A DNA stretch of 64,000 nt, from contig OZ024743.1 of NCBI GenBank assembly GCA_964016885.1, forward strand, positions 169,322,001 through 169,386,000. The letters are read 5' to 3'. Numbering within the stretch: the first letter of the stretch is position 1; each line of letters opens with the position of its first letter. The translations under genes were made by a program, and so were the position numbers. Of this stretch, positions 29,898 to 47,291 are shown piece after piece. Below the pieces are notes generated by a model, which was not told where the DNA came from, did no database searches, and was given only the letters and a program-made list of their open reading frames with translations. This DNA is from Eledone cirrhosa. Taxonomy: Eukaryota.

Positions 29898-30146
29898 ATG
29901 TGTGTATGTATGTATGTATATATGTGTGTGTATATATATGTATGTCTCTCTATTTATATGTCTATCTTCGTATCTATGTGGGTATATGTGTGTATGTGCA
30001 TGTATGCACTTGTATGTGTTTACGTGTATATGTGTGTATGTGTATATATGTGCGTGTGCGCACATATATATGTGAGTGTGTGTGTGTGTGTGTGTATATG
30101 TATATATATATATATATATCTATGTGTGTATATATGTCTATATTCG

Positions 30147-30187
<41 letters not shown>

Positions 30188-30688
30188 TATTATTATAATA
30201 TAACTTATGTGTATATGTGAGGGTGTGTATATGTATATATATGTGTATATATATGTGTATGTGTGTGTTTGTATGTTTTGTATGTGTGTTTATGGTTGTA
30301 TGTGTGTGTGGGTGTATATATATAAGTGTATGTGTATATATATATATATATATATATGTGTATATATATCTCTATTAATGCGTGTATATATGTATATGTA
30401 TATGCCTTTTTCTTTGTATGTCTGAGTTGTGTGAGGGTGTAGTGGTGTTTGTATGTATATACGCATATATGGATGCGTATGTATTTGTATATATGAGTAT
30501 ATGTAAGTGCGTATGTATGTATGAATATATATCTAATTCTATGTATGAGTATATATGTGTGTGTATGTATGTTGTGTATGTATGTATGTATGTGTCTATG
30601 TGTGTATATATATGTATATATGTGTGTGTATGTATGTATGTATGTGTATGTATGTACATATATGTCTATGTATGTGTGTATGTATATG

Positions 30689-30727
<39 letters not shown>

Positions 30728-30919
30728 TTATTTTATATATATGTGTGTGTGTGTATGTGTGTGTGTATATATATATATCTTTATATATGTGTATGTGTAT
30801 GTTCGTGTAGGTGTATGTGTGTGTATGACTATATATGTATGTATGTATGTGTGTATGTATGTATATGTATGTGTGTGTACATGTATGTATGTGTATGTAT
30901 GTATATGTGTGTATATGTG

Positions 30920-30954
<35 letters not shown>

Positions 30955-31257
30955 ATATATATATATATATATATGTATGTGTATCTCTATTTGTATATGT
31001 ATATGTATATAGGTATATACCTTTTTCTTTGTATGTCTGAGTTGTGTGAGAGTGTAGTGGTGTTTGTATGTATATACCGATATATGGATGCGTAAGTATT
31101 TGTGTGTATGTATGTATGTATATCTGTATGTATTTGTGTCTATATATAGGTATGTATGTGTATATCTGTATGTATATAAGTATGTATGTGTATGTATATG
31201 TGCGTGTATGTGTCTATATATATGTGTGTCTATATAGTATGTGTGATTATATGTGTA

Positions 31258-31308
<51 letters not shown>

Positions 31309-31443
31309 GTATGTGTGTATATGTGTGTATGTGTGTATATGTATATGTTTATATATGTGTGTGTATGTATGTTCTAAGTGTGGATGTGTGTATATGTATG
31401 TATGTGTTTATATATATATATATATAATATATATATATATATG

Positions 31444-31485
<42 letters not shown>

Positions 31486-32096
31486 CTTGATATATTTCTT
31501 TTTTCTTTTTTCTTTTTCTTTTCTTTCCTTTTTAATTTTATTTTTTATTTTCTTAGTTTATAGATACATCTATAATAAGCAGTCTGCCCAAACCGTTGAA
31601 TACTGACCTCTCCCCCCCTCCCACCTAATTTCTGTATCTTGATCTAAATGTGTGTGACAGTGTTTATGTGAGTGAATTAATATCCATGTGCTTATGATAT
31701 TATATCCACATATATATATGTGAGTGGGGGTGTGTGTGTGTTTGTATGTTCGTAATTATGTGTATGTTTATGCATATACGCGCGCGTGTGTGTGATTGTA
31801 CGGATATGTGTGAGTATGAGAATATGTGTATACACTTATTTCATATTTATGTGTCTATACGCATCTTATCTGTGCATTATAAACTTACAGAGACATTAAC
31901 CTTGAAATTTTGTATTTGCATCCATCCTTTTGGTATGCGTATACATGTTGAGCATACATTTTGTAAAATATGTGTAAGGGTAGTTACATGTATATACACA
32001 CACCGAACTGCATAAAACCTTTTGTATTTTCATTGGTCAATTTTGTTCCCAAACGGACCTGAAATTTTGAATTGTTGTTATTATCAATAAATATAT

Positions 32097-32250
32097 TTCA
32101 TTATTTCTGAAGACGGCGTATATATGTGTTGGTATGTATATTTAATCTTGATAGTTTGTATAATTTTGTATAATTTTGTACATAGATCTGTTGAATATGC
32201 ATGCCAATTCTAACACATATATATCCTAGAAACGATCGTTAAATAATGAA
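32097..32250 (+). ncRNA. Type I hammerhead ribozyme with about 115-nt stem II
   Basis: 10-bp stem I TTCATTATTT/AAATAATGAA, CTGAAGA, TATATATGTGTTGG/CTAACACATATATA pairing, GAAA-CGATCG-TT. Confidence 0.75.
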
Positions 32251-32378
32251 CTTTTTTTGTTTAATATAAGGAACTGTTTCATTGTTTTATTCATTATTTG
32301 TTTAATATTTTATATATATATATATATATATATAATGATATTAAATAAATAGAAACTATATTTATAAAACCATATTTA

Positions 32379-32436
32379 TTCTATTATATATATTTCAAGG
32401 GTACCAAAAACTTTGGTACGCTTTCATCAGATAAAA
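32379..32436 (-). ncRNA. Type I hammerhead ribozyme
   Basis: TTTTAT-CTGATGA-AAGCGTACCAAAGTTTTTGGTACCCTT-GAAA-TATATA-TA-ATAGAA. The mirror copy near 37060 has lost its 5' half by deletion. Confidence 0.85.
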
Positions 32437-33425
32437 TACAAAGTGTGCTTTATAAATTTTGACATAGCCAAGGAACATACCTTATCAGTTGAATTTTCCT
32501 TGGATAGTGAATTTAAAGAACGGGTTTTTCAAAATTGTTAGGATGAGTATGCAAATGAATATGTAAATGAGGTATATGATTGAAAAACCGTTATTTTAAA
32601 CGTTATAGAAAATTTAGATATATGTTTATATTAGTAGGAGAGAAGGAAAGAAAAAGAAAAAGGAAAAAGAAAAAGAAAAAGAAAACCACTTATATACGTT
32701 AATTTGGGGGAAAATCTTTGAATATTTACCTATATTATATATATATATACTTATATGGAGAATTATGTTTGTAAGTATTTATCTTATTACAATATTGTAG
32801 TGGGTTATATATATATAAATATATATATATATTTTAATAATAGTATATGTATTAGTATTAGAGAGATATAGATAATTTGCAATTATTATTTGTTTATAAT
32901 ATTGGTTACGAGGGTGTTGATTTTGTGTTTTATGTAGATAAATAAATAAATAAATAGGTAGTTCAAGTTTTAGGTGGTTGTTTATAATATGAGTTACGAG
33001 GGATTTTGATTTTGTATTTTATGTAAATAAATAGGTAGTTAAAGTTATGAATTTATATATTTGAATATCTTGTTCGGCATTGAGAATGTTTTAATTTAAC
33101 GGAGTTACGTATATACTAATATAATAAGTTTATATGATTGAGAAAGGAAAGATAACTCCAATTCTGTTTGTTAATCGATAATGTTTAAGAGTTAGTGTGA
33201 GATTAATTAATTATTTAGCCGAAAATTATTTAGTTTGAAAATCGTCGTGAATGGGATAAATTTTTCAAATGTCAGTTAATTGTTATTAATCTACGTTTAA
33301 AAATATCTTTAGAGGGTGTCATTGGAAAAATATAATGTAAGAATTAAAGAGTTAAAAAATTAAAATTAAAATTATATACATACACATAAATCTATATAAA
33401 TATTTATACACATATATATATACAA

Positions 33426-33529
<104 letters not shown>

Positions 33530-34444
33530 TATATATATATAAAAATTTAAATCGTTAAAGAAGATAGGATCATGTTGAAGATTTATAGGAATATTATAAA
33601 TTACACATAGTTCTGAACGTGGAATTTTGGCGACGTCTGCAAGAAGAAAATAATTCTCTCCTGAGATTAATAGAGTTTATATAAAAAATTTCTTCGATAC
33701 ACAATTTACAGAATTTTGATAAAACCATATTTCGGTACGCAGGTACTTCCGAAATCGTTTTCCAAGATATTGAATAGTCTATATTCTTGCTTTTTAAGTT
33801 CCATATAAGATGTGAAAGAGAAGTAGAAGATTTTTTATCAGATCTTCTAAAAGAATGATTATGGTTATTCCAGCGTTCTTTAAATTTTGTAGAAGTGGCA
33901 CCGACATGGTTAAATATATTATCTCTACTTTTAACTGTGCATTTACAAACTACGTTTTTATCTAAACACTTATGTTGTAAAGGGCAGTTTGATTTGATTC
34001 TACAGTTACATTTTACGGAATTGTTGTTGCTCGGAACGGTACTATTATACTGGATATTGCTAGAAATATTATTATTGCTATTATGGTTATTTTGGTTAGG
34101 GTTTAAATTTAAGTTTCTATTATTAATTCTATTTATATGTTGTGCTATGTTCATAGTAGTAGAGTAGGATAGTTTTATAGTATGTCTGTTAAAGATAGAG
34201 TGGTATCTGTAGGATTTAGGAAAACATATGTCTAGTGCTTTAAAGAATAGCTTTGCTAAAGCTGTTTTTTACGCTTAATGAGAATGGGGGTGAATACCAA
34301 ATAATATTTTTAGTTCTTTTGTTTGTTTTAGAGTTTGAGTTAAATTGTTTATTATTATTATAATTAATACAAGGGTGATTTGCCATGTTATTGTTGTCAA
34401 TGTATTTAATTTTATTCGAATACCCTGCTCTATTTAAAGCTTCT

Positions 34445-34632
34445 GGATTGGCAGTATCGGTAGAGGGTCGGGCGCCATGCTTTGAAGCATAGAGTTACCC
34501 CCCTTTATGATCTGAGTTCAAATCCCGCCGAGGTTAACTTTGCCTTTCATCCTTACGGGGTCGATAAAATAAAGTACCAGTAATGAACTGGGATAATTGC
34601 TGGCCTTGTGCCAAAAGTAGAAACAATTATAA
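34445..34632 (+). mobile_element. Octopus-type tRNA-derived SINE
   Basis: TGGCAGTATCGGTAG A-box, GAGTTCAAATCCC B-box, GCCTTTCATCCTTACGGGGTCGATAAAAT, ATT tail. Confidence 0.9.
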
Positions 34633-36026
34633 TATTCAGCCTTACCATCAAACATTTTTTTATTAGCAGAGATGCGTGAAATCCGTTGTTGGGCATAATT
34701 GACAATAGTGTTCTTAATATTTTTAGGCTGATTAGAGTTAAAACTTACGTAATTTAGATTTTCGTTAATTTTATGGAAAGGATAGTAGAGCTCTGTGCTA
34801 AGGTTTAATGTTACGTCTAATAAGTTAACGATTTATTTTATTTATTCTCTATTTCTAACTTAAGGTTATAGTTATTGAAGAATTCTATTATGGATTTCTT
34901 TTACTATTAATTTCACAATGACTATGGTTTTCAATTAAAAGCAGCATACCGTCACGAGATAAATCACCGGTCATCTCTGGCATTTTCCTATACAGTGTAT
35001 TATTAATAAATAAGCCCACAAGATCCGTTATTTGCGCCGAGTCGGATGATCCTATAGTCCAGAGATGATTATTGAATTCTATTAGTGTTTTCCGTACTGT
35101 TAGAATCATATGCATTTTATCACTAGATAAGTCTGTATGTTTAGATGCGTAGATATGAGCCTTATTAAGTAAACTAGGAGTAATAGAAAAGTAGTAATTT
35201 GCAATATCCATTTCAATGAATTTTTTGTGATGTTTAAATTTTATGTTATTGAACCAATCTATAACTTCATTAGTACCGTTCCATAGTTTCAGGTGTGATT
35301 TTTCTTTAAGTTGTGGTATAATTCTATCTAATGTATGTTTGCTAATTATGCCAAAGTCTGATATAAATAGAATTAATAATAGAAACTTAAATTTAAACCC
35401 TAACCAAAATCACCATAATAGCAATAATAATATTTCTAGCAATATCCAGTATAATAGGACCGTTCCGAGCAACAACTCCGTAAAATATAACTGTAGAATC
35501 AAATCAAACTGCCCTTTACAAAATAAGTGCTTAGATAAAAACGTAGTTTATAAATGCACAGTTAAAACTAAAGATAATATATTTAACTATGTCGGTGCCA
35601 CTTCTACAAAATATAAAGAACGCTGGAATAACCATAATCCCTCTTTTAGAAGATCTGATATAAATTCTTCTACTTCTCTTTCACATCTCAAATGGAACTT
35701 AAAAGCAAGAATATAGACTATTCAATATCTTGGAAAACGATTTCGAAGTACCTGCGTACCGAAATATGGCTTTATCAAAATTCTGTAAATTGTGTATCGA
35801 AGAAATTTTTTATATAAACTTTATTAATCTCAGGAGAGAATTATTTTCTTCTTGCAGACATCACCAAAATTCAACGTTCAGAACTATGTGTACTTTATAA
35901 TATTCTTATAAATCTTCAAAATGATCCTATCTTCTTTAACGATTTATTTTTTTAATATTTTAATATATTAATATTTCTAAATTGTTATATCTCTAATACT
36001 TTCACCTTCAAGCAAAAATTTCTTTT

Positions 36027-36075
<49 letters not shown>

Positions 36076-36369
36076 TTATTTATATATTTATTCATATATT
36101 TATTATATATTTATATATTTATGTGTGTATAAATATTTATATAGATTTATGTGTATGTATATAATTTTAATTTTTATTTTTTAACTCTTTAATTCTTACA
36201 TTATATTTTTCCAATGACACCCTCTAAAGATATTTTTAAACGTAGATTAATAACAATTAACTGACATTTGAAAAATGTATCCCATTCACGACGATTTTCA
36301 AACTAAATAATTTTCGACTAAATAATTAATTAATCTCACACTAACTCTTAAACATTATCGATTAACAAA

Positions 36370-36545
36370 TAGGCGGTGGATTGGCAGTATTGGTAGAGTG
36401 TCGGATGCCATACATTGACGCATAGAGTTACGGCCCTTGCCATTCTGAGTTCAAATCCCGCCGAGGTTACCATTGCCTTTCATCCTTACGGGGTCGATAA
36501 AATAAAGTACCAGTAATTGCTTGCCTTGTGCCTAACGTAGAAACA
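36370..36545 (+). mobile_element. Full-length SINE with 16-bp TSD
   Basis: TSD ATTATCGATTAACAAA at 36354-36369 and 36546-36561; empty site near 33170 in the mirror arm. Confidence 0.93.
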
Positions 36546-37161
36546 ATTATCGATTAACAAACAGAATTGGAGTTATCTTTCCTTTCTCAATCATATAAAC
36601 TTATTATATTAGTATATACGTAACTCCGTTAAATTAAATTAAAACATTCTCAATGCCGAATAAGATATTCAAATATATAAATTCATAACTTTAACTACCT
36701 ATTTATTTACATAAAACACAAAATCAATTACCCTCGTAACTCATATTATAAACAACTAATAATTGCAAATTATCTATATCTCTCTAATACTAATACATAT
36801 GCTATTATTAAAATATATATAGATATTTATATATATATAACCCACTACAATATTGTAATAAGATAAATACTTACAAACATAATTCTCCATATAAGTATAT
36901 ATATAATATAGGTAAATATTCAAAATTTTCCCCCAAAATTAACGTATATAAGTGGTCTTCTTTTCCTTTTTCTTTTTCCTTTTTCTTTTTCTTTCCTTCT
37001 CTCCTACTAATATAAACATATATCTAAATTTTCTATAGCGTTTAAAATAACGGTTTTTCAAAGTTTTTGGTCCCATTGAAATATATATAATAGAATAAAT
37101 ATGGTTTTACAAATATAGTTTCCATATATTTAATATCACTCCATTATTTATTATTTACTCC

Positions 37162-37256
37162 TTTACGAGGTTAACTTTGCCTTTCATCCTTACGGGGTCG
37201 ATAAAATAAAGTACCAGTAACTGGTAATTGCTGGCCTTGTGCCTAAAGTAGGAACA
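37162..37256 (+). mobile_element. 5'-truncated SINE with 19-bp TSD
   Basis: TSD ATTATTTATTATTTACTCC at 37143-37161 and 37257-37275. Confidence 0.88.
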
Positions 37257-37565
37257 ATTATTTATTATTTACTCCAGAAAGCTGTCGAGTTCTCTGAATC
37301 AGTTATAAACATTTGTATTTGTTGAATTAGCAACACATTAAATATCCCTTCTGCTTATATATAGAGAAAAACCACAGACTCTCCATCTCAACTCACCTTT
37401 TGAAAAGCAGAAGAACTGCGAAACCGGTAAAGGAACCAAATAAATATATATATTTTTTAAAAAAAATAAGACTCCAGTTGCATTTTTGATTTCATCTCTT
37501 TTTCTTTATACTTTCACTCGTGTAGGATACCTCGGTTATTTTTTAATTTGTAAAAAAAACCTCAC

Positions 37566-37617
<52 letters not shown>

Positions 37618-37630
37618 AACAATACAATAT

Positions 37631-37707
37631 AATTACCTCATTACCAGAGGTTTCCCGAATAAGACGAATACAAGAAACGTCCGGATTCGTTCGTCAGACA
37701 GGCAATT
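37631..37707 (-). ncRNA. Hammerhead ribozyme (mirror of 42980-43056)
   Basis: CTGACGA..GAAACCTCTGGTA on the minus strand. Confidence 0.75.
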
Positions 37708-38256
37708 TAAAACATAGTGAAATATTTAAAAATCTCCTCAAGAAAGGTTTAATGGGCAAAAAAAATATATAAATAAAAGTAATGCAAGAGATATATAAAA
37801 ATAAAATAAGGAAATATAGTAAGGGTATGTGTATAAATGTGTGTATATGCTCCTACAAATGTAGATATGTGTGTATGTACAAATGCATGTGTATAGTGAA
37901 AAAATGTGTGCGTAATTGCATACATGAGGACAAGCATATCACTGTATGTGTGACCACAAATACGTGTATAATATATGTTGAAAAAGGAATTGTAAGATAA
38001 TAGAGTTAACGTACATAGAGACTCAGGAACTAAGAATTGAAATATATACACATACAAGAATGAAAGGACGCACGCGTATAAACATACACACACGCGCAAC
38101 CATATACATGTATGTGATATATACAGGGAAGGGAGTGTATCAGTCAAAGCAGTGTCAGACTGAAGGTCGATAAAGATATTAAATATGAAAAATTAATGAT
38201 TATAAAGTGACACGAGAAAAAATAAATAAAAATTAGAAAACACGCAGAAGTTCGTA

Positions 38257-38321
<65 letters not shown>

Positions 38322-38326
<5 letters not shown>

Positions 38327-38513
38327 AGTAAGTAAGACCCCGACGGCTGAGCTCAAGCCGTTTCGACGGCTAATTCTGTACAGAATTAGCCGTCGAAACG
38401 GCTTGAGCTCAGCCGTCGGGGTCTTACTTACTCCTATTACCCACTCTACTACCCTAAGTATTGAGTACTTTGGTGCGTTATGGTCCACCTGGTTCCTTAC
38501 CACTTTTCCCTCG

Positions 38514-38514
<1 letters not shown>
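38322..38514 (+). mobile_element. Mini PLE fold-back: 116-bp perfect palindrome plus tail, inserted in (TA)n
   Basis: 38322-38437 perfect palindrome about TCTGTACAGA, containing the HHR 3' half GAAA-CGGCT..AGCCG-TC. Absent from the mirror arm near 42350-42375. Confidence 0.85.
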
Positions 38515-38545
<31 letters not shown>

Positions 38546-38654
38546 GTACAGGCAAAAACACATACATGCGTACATACATACATAAACACGCATACATACA
38601 CATGATACACATATATATACATACATGTACATCTAATCACACGCACGCACGTGA

Positions 38655-38707
<53 letters not shown>

Positions 38708-39841
38708 TATGTAAAAATCATAGATGTAAAAGCACACATACACACACACATATACATATAGACGCGCACATACAAATGCATTCGTATACATACACAAATA
38801 CGTATACATATATATGCACACATACACGCATACATATATAAAAACCAGCCGTATGAATAAATGAGTACAAATTATATGCAAGTAAACATACATAAAAGCG
38901 GCTGAGGGACAACAGAATATATCTGGAGTTGAAAACACAAGTGAAATGTGATATCAGGTAGTGAAAGAAAATGGGGAAGTAAAATATGTAAAATTGTGAA
39001 GATATAAAGTAAGTGAATCAAAAAGAAGGGGGGGGGGGTCACTAGTGGATGTGAAGTAAAAATAAAATAAAAAATAAAAATAAAAGTAAATCAGAAAGAG
39101 AAGTCTGTAAAGAAGATAAGTTAAGGAAAGTGAATAAAATGAATTTATGGAGGATAAGTATCTGAAAGTGAGTTAAGTTTATATGAGCTGGAAAGCAAGT
39201 GTGATTTCACATGTGGGCAACTGGTGAAAATTTCTGTTTTTGCATTTAGGCAGGTTTGTGGTTATTTAAGGTTCTGTAAAATCCAATATTTTTCACTTAT
39301 GCAGAGTTCGCATCTTCTTGTTCCTCTTGCATATTCTTTAGATTGGTTCAAAATTGACCAATCTAATATATATTGGATACCTTGGTCTTTCAAATCCCAT
39401 ATTCTGCTAGCCAGAGCTGTTGTAAATCTTTTTTCAAGATGCGACATGTGAGTAATAACGCGTTTTTAATTTGTCTTGTGTCATATCCACATATTATTCG
39501 CTGGTGGCTGGTAGGTTGTTGCTGGTGGTTGTCAGTTTAGCCTCATATCCAATGGCTTTGGTGTTGCATTTACCTTGTAATGGGTATTCACTTTTGACTC
39601 TACAGGAGCAAGTTTGATGTCCTCTGGGTATTTTCTTATTGAGGATATAAGATTTAATAGGGGGACCGCAGGAGTAGCTTCACTCCTATGACTTTTTCAA
39701 TTTTCAACGGAAACTTCAATACTTATACAGCTCCCAAGGGAATGATAGTAGTATATTCTACATTTTTATGAGATTGGCACCTTCCAGCCCTTTTAAAGTC
39801 GAACACTCTTCAGTCAAAAGGATTTTTAACCAATACTGAAC

Positions 39842-41760
39842 ATGGATATACATCATTTGGATTACTCCATCAAGAATATCCCAACACATTCTAACACTTC
39901 CTACACTAAAATGTTGATCGACAAAGTAAAGAAAGTTGTTAAAAGAATGAGATGGAAAGCTTTGATTTTCGATGGACACTTTATCACGGACTCTACAGAA
40001 TATTTTGATATCAAGTCTCGTAAATACCCACAAAGAGATATGACCGGTTTTGAACTAGACTTAGTTAATTTAATCAACCAAATCAAATTCCGTAAGTACT
40101 CTAACCCTTTTCAATCTAAACTCTCTAACGATATTCAAATCTTCTAAAAATAAGTTCATTTTCTCTGATAAAACTAAAAACCTATACGAAGTTAATAATA
40201 ACTTACATGACCAACTCTTAACAGATAACATCACCTCTAAATACCAAATAGCTAATATAAACACTTATAATACTATTAATAAGGAAGCCAAAGAAATAGC
40301 TAGTTTTTAAAAAATAGACAATAGAACAGAAATACTTGCTAAAGGGAATGTCTATATGACCCTCAAAGATCACAAACCTGATTTTATTAATCGTCCTAGT
40401 TGTAGATTAATCAACCCTGCTAAAACTGAAATCGGCCTTGCTAGCAAAAAAATATTAAATAATATAAACAAACATATTAGAAGTAAGTCTGAATTACTCC
40501 AATGGATAAATAGCTCTTCTGTAGTACATTGGTTTAATAATATTAAAGATGAAAATAGTTCTAGATTCACCCAATTTGACATTGTAGACTTCTACCCGTC
40601 TATTACTCACCCTCTTTTAATGAAAGCATTAAATTTCGCTAGAAAGTTTATCAATATTTCTGATATTGAAGAGAATGTCATTTTGCATGCTAGAAACACT
40701 TTACTGTTTACTAATAATGACACTTGGGTAAAAGAATCTAATCCAGAGAACCCATTCGATATCTCAATGGGTTCTTTTTACAGTGCTGACGTGTGTGCTT
40801 TAGTCGGCCTATTCCTCCTACACACACTTAAAGAGAAATTCCCTAACCATACCTTTGGGCTTTATCCCGACGATGGTCTAATACTTTCCCATACCACTAT
40901 AGGCCATAACTTAGATAGATTCAGGAAAGACTTAATAAAAAACCTTCGCTAGTTTTAATCTTAAAATCACCATTGACACTAACCTTTCTAATGTTAATTT
41001 CTAGATATAAACCTAGATCTGCCTACTGCTTCTTGTAAACCGTACCATAAACCTAATGAAAATTAAAAATATATATAAAGGCTCTTGCCATCCTCCTAGA
41101 GTTTTCAAAAATCTTATGCCTAATATTAGCCGTAGGATCTCCACCCTCTCTTCCTCAGAAGCTATTTTTAATAAGGCATCCCCCTACTATAATAAAGCCC
41201 TTTAAAATACCGGATTTAGCGAACCGATTAAGTACATACCCAACAATACTAACTCCTTTAAATATAATAATAGGAAAAGAAAAATAATCTGGTTAACACC
41301 CCCCTACTCTTTAGCAGTTAAAACTAATGTAAGCAAAAAATTCCTAGAGCTCTTAGATAAACATTTCCCTAGAACACATAGATACTATAATATCTTCAAT
41401 AGAAACTGTGACAAAATTAGCTACTCCTGCGGTCCCCCTATTAAATCTTATATCCTCAATAAGAAAATACCCAGAAACATCAAAATTGCTCCTGTAGAGT
41501 CAAAAGTGAATGCCCATTACAAGATAAATGCAACACCAAAGCCATTGTATATGATGCTAAAGTGACAACCACCAGCAACAACCTACCAGCCACCAGCGAA
41601 CGATATATGGGTATGACACAAGACAAATTCAAAACGCGTTATTACTCACAAGTCGCATCTTTCCGACATCCTGAAAAAAGATTTACAACAGCTCTGGCTA
41701 GCAGAATCTGGGATTTGAAAGACCAAGGTATCCAATATAAATTAGATTAGTCAAATTTAA
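39842..41760 (+). pseudogene. Naiad PLE ORF (RT + GIY-YIG) with stops and frameshifts
   Basis: YSIKNIP, KRMRWKA, DKTKNLY, TLKDHKPDF..CRLINPAK, FDIVDFYPSI, MGSF.SADVC.LVGL, GLYPDDGL, IIW..PPYS, CSCRVKSECPL, YMGMT..FKTRY. Confidence 0.93.
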
Positions 41761-42979
41761 ACCAAAACTGACTAATCTAAACTCTTGTTCTTTACTTCCC
41801 TTAACTTACCTTCTTTACAGACTTCTCTTTCTGATTTACTTTTATTTTTATTTTTTATTTTATTTTTACTTCACATCCACTAGTGACACCCCCGCCCCCC
41901 GCCTGCTTTTTGATTCACTTACTTTATATCTTCACAATTTTACATATTTTACTTCCCCATTTTCTTTCACTACCTGATATCACTTTTCACTTGTGTTTTC
42001 AACTCCAGATATATTCTGTTGTCCCTCAGCCGCTTTTATGTATGTTTACTTGTATATAATTTGTACCCATTTATTCATACGGCTGGTTTTTTTATATGTA
42101 TGTATGCGTGTATGTGTGCATATATGTGCATACGTGTTTGTATATGTATACGAATGCATTCGTATGTGCGCGTGTATGTGTATATGTGTATGTGTATGTG
42201 TGCTTTTACATCTATGTTTTTTACATACTTATATATATATATATGGTCACGTGCGTGTGATTAGATATACATGTATGTATATATATGTGTATCATGTGTA
42301 TGTATGCGTGTTTATGTATGTATGTACGCATGTATGTGTTTTTGTCTGTACGTATATATATATTTATATATATGTGCGTACGAACTTCCGAATGTTTTCT
42401 ACTTTTTATTTATTTTTTCTAGTGTTACTTTATAATTGATAACCCCTCCCTCTTTCTTTCTCTTTGACTTAATTTTTAATCTTATATTCATATTTTATAT
42501 CTGTATCGACCTTCAGTCTGACACTGCTTTGACTGATACACTCCCTTCCCTGTATATATCACATACATGAATGTGGTTGCGCGTGTGTGTATGTTTATAC
42601 GCGTGCGTCCTTTCATCCTTGTATGTGTATATATTTCAATTTTTATTCCCTGAGTCTGGATGTACGTTAACTCTATTTTCTTACAATTCCTTTTTCAACA
42701 TATATTATATACGTATTTGTGGTCACACATACACTGATATGCTTGCCCTCTGTATGTACTTACGCACACATTTTTTCACTATACACATGCATTTGTACAT
42801 ACACACATATGTACATTTGTACATTTGTAGGTGCATATACACACATGTATACACATACCCTTACTATATTTCCTTATTTTATTTTTATATATCTCTTGCA
42901 TTACTTTTATTTATATATTTTTTTGCCCGTTAAACTTTTGCCTTTCTTGAGGAGACTTTTCAAATATTTCACTATTTTA

Positions 42980-43056
42980 AATTGCCTTGTCTGACGAACG
43001 AATGCGTACGTACTTGTAGTCGTCTTATTCGGGAAACCTCTGGTAATGAGGTAATT
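42980..43056 (+). ncRNA. Type I hammerhead ribozyme
   Basis: Stem I AATTGCCTTGT/ATGAGGTAATT, CTGACGA, CGAAT..ATTCG stem II, GAAA-CC-TCT-GG-TA. Confidence 0.8.
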
Positions 43057-43155
43057 GTATTGTATTGTTTATTATACATTAAATTTAGCTCTGTAACTTA
43101 CATAGAGCACTCTTCACTCCTATGACTTTTTCAATTTTCTACGGAAACTTCAATA

Positions 43156-43772
<617 letters not shown>

Positions 43773-43965
43773 CTATTTAAATTTAAGCGAAAACGACTAT
43801 TTATGGGAGTATAAGCCACACAGACATAATAAAGTTAGTCTCACTCATATAAATATCTCCCGCTTATGGTTTCGTTCACGGAAGAAACAAATTATTGGAA
43901 TAACCAATATTGGAAGAATCCATGTTACTATTCAGGGCTGTTATTATTCAGGCTAAGAATATATA

Positions 43966-44370
43966 TTGATCATCCTCATCCTCAGATCTTCCCAGGAGAT
44001 GGCGAACGGAATTTTTGAGACGTTCGACAACACGGACGAGAACATTGATTTCAGTGTTGAACACCTCAGCGACGACGGGTCACTTGCCCTCCTCGAGTTC
44101 CGAATCAACATCACGGAGCAGGGAGGGATCCACACCAACTTCTACCGCAAGGCAGCCTGCAGGGACTTATTCGTCCACTACGAGTCTGCCCTCCCTAACA
44201 GCGCTAAAAGAGGGTACATTACGAACGAGACCACATGAATTAAAAACAGATGAAGCGATCCCGTGAGTGGTGTCACCCACACCAAGCGATTCCTCAAAGG
44301 GCTGGAGACGAACGGGCCTCGCTCACAAACAGAGTAGGAGACACCAGATGCAAGAGGCTGAGAAACACCC
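43966..44370 (+). pseudogene. GC-rich PLE RT/thumb fragment of another clade
   Basis: IDFSVEH..DGSLALLEF.I..FYRK..LFVHYESALP..K. Confidence 0.75.
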
Positions 44371-44379
44371 AAGGTAAAT

Positions 44380-47291
<2,912 letters not shown>

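Larger units (their letters stand above)
23076..32312. mobile_element. Giant Naiad-type PLE fold-back: about 4.1-kb inverted arms around an about 800-bp unique spacer
   Basis: 23211-27459 mirrors 28264-32312, including the GIY-YIG C-terminus, microsatellite-rich 3' region and HHR. (TA)n on both sides. Confidence 0.92.
37612..43160. mobile_element. Near full-length Naiad-type PLE (+) with about 2-kb inverted 3' copy upstream
   Basis: 37612-39679 mirrors 41418-43076 with indels. Terminal redundancy 39678-39728 = 43110-43160. HHR in both arms. Confidence 0.92.
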
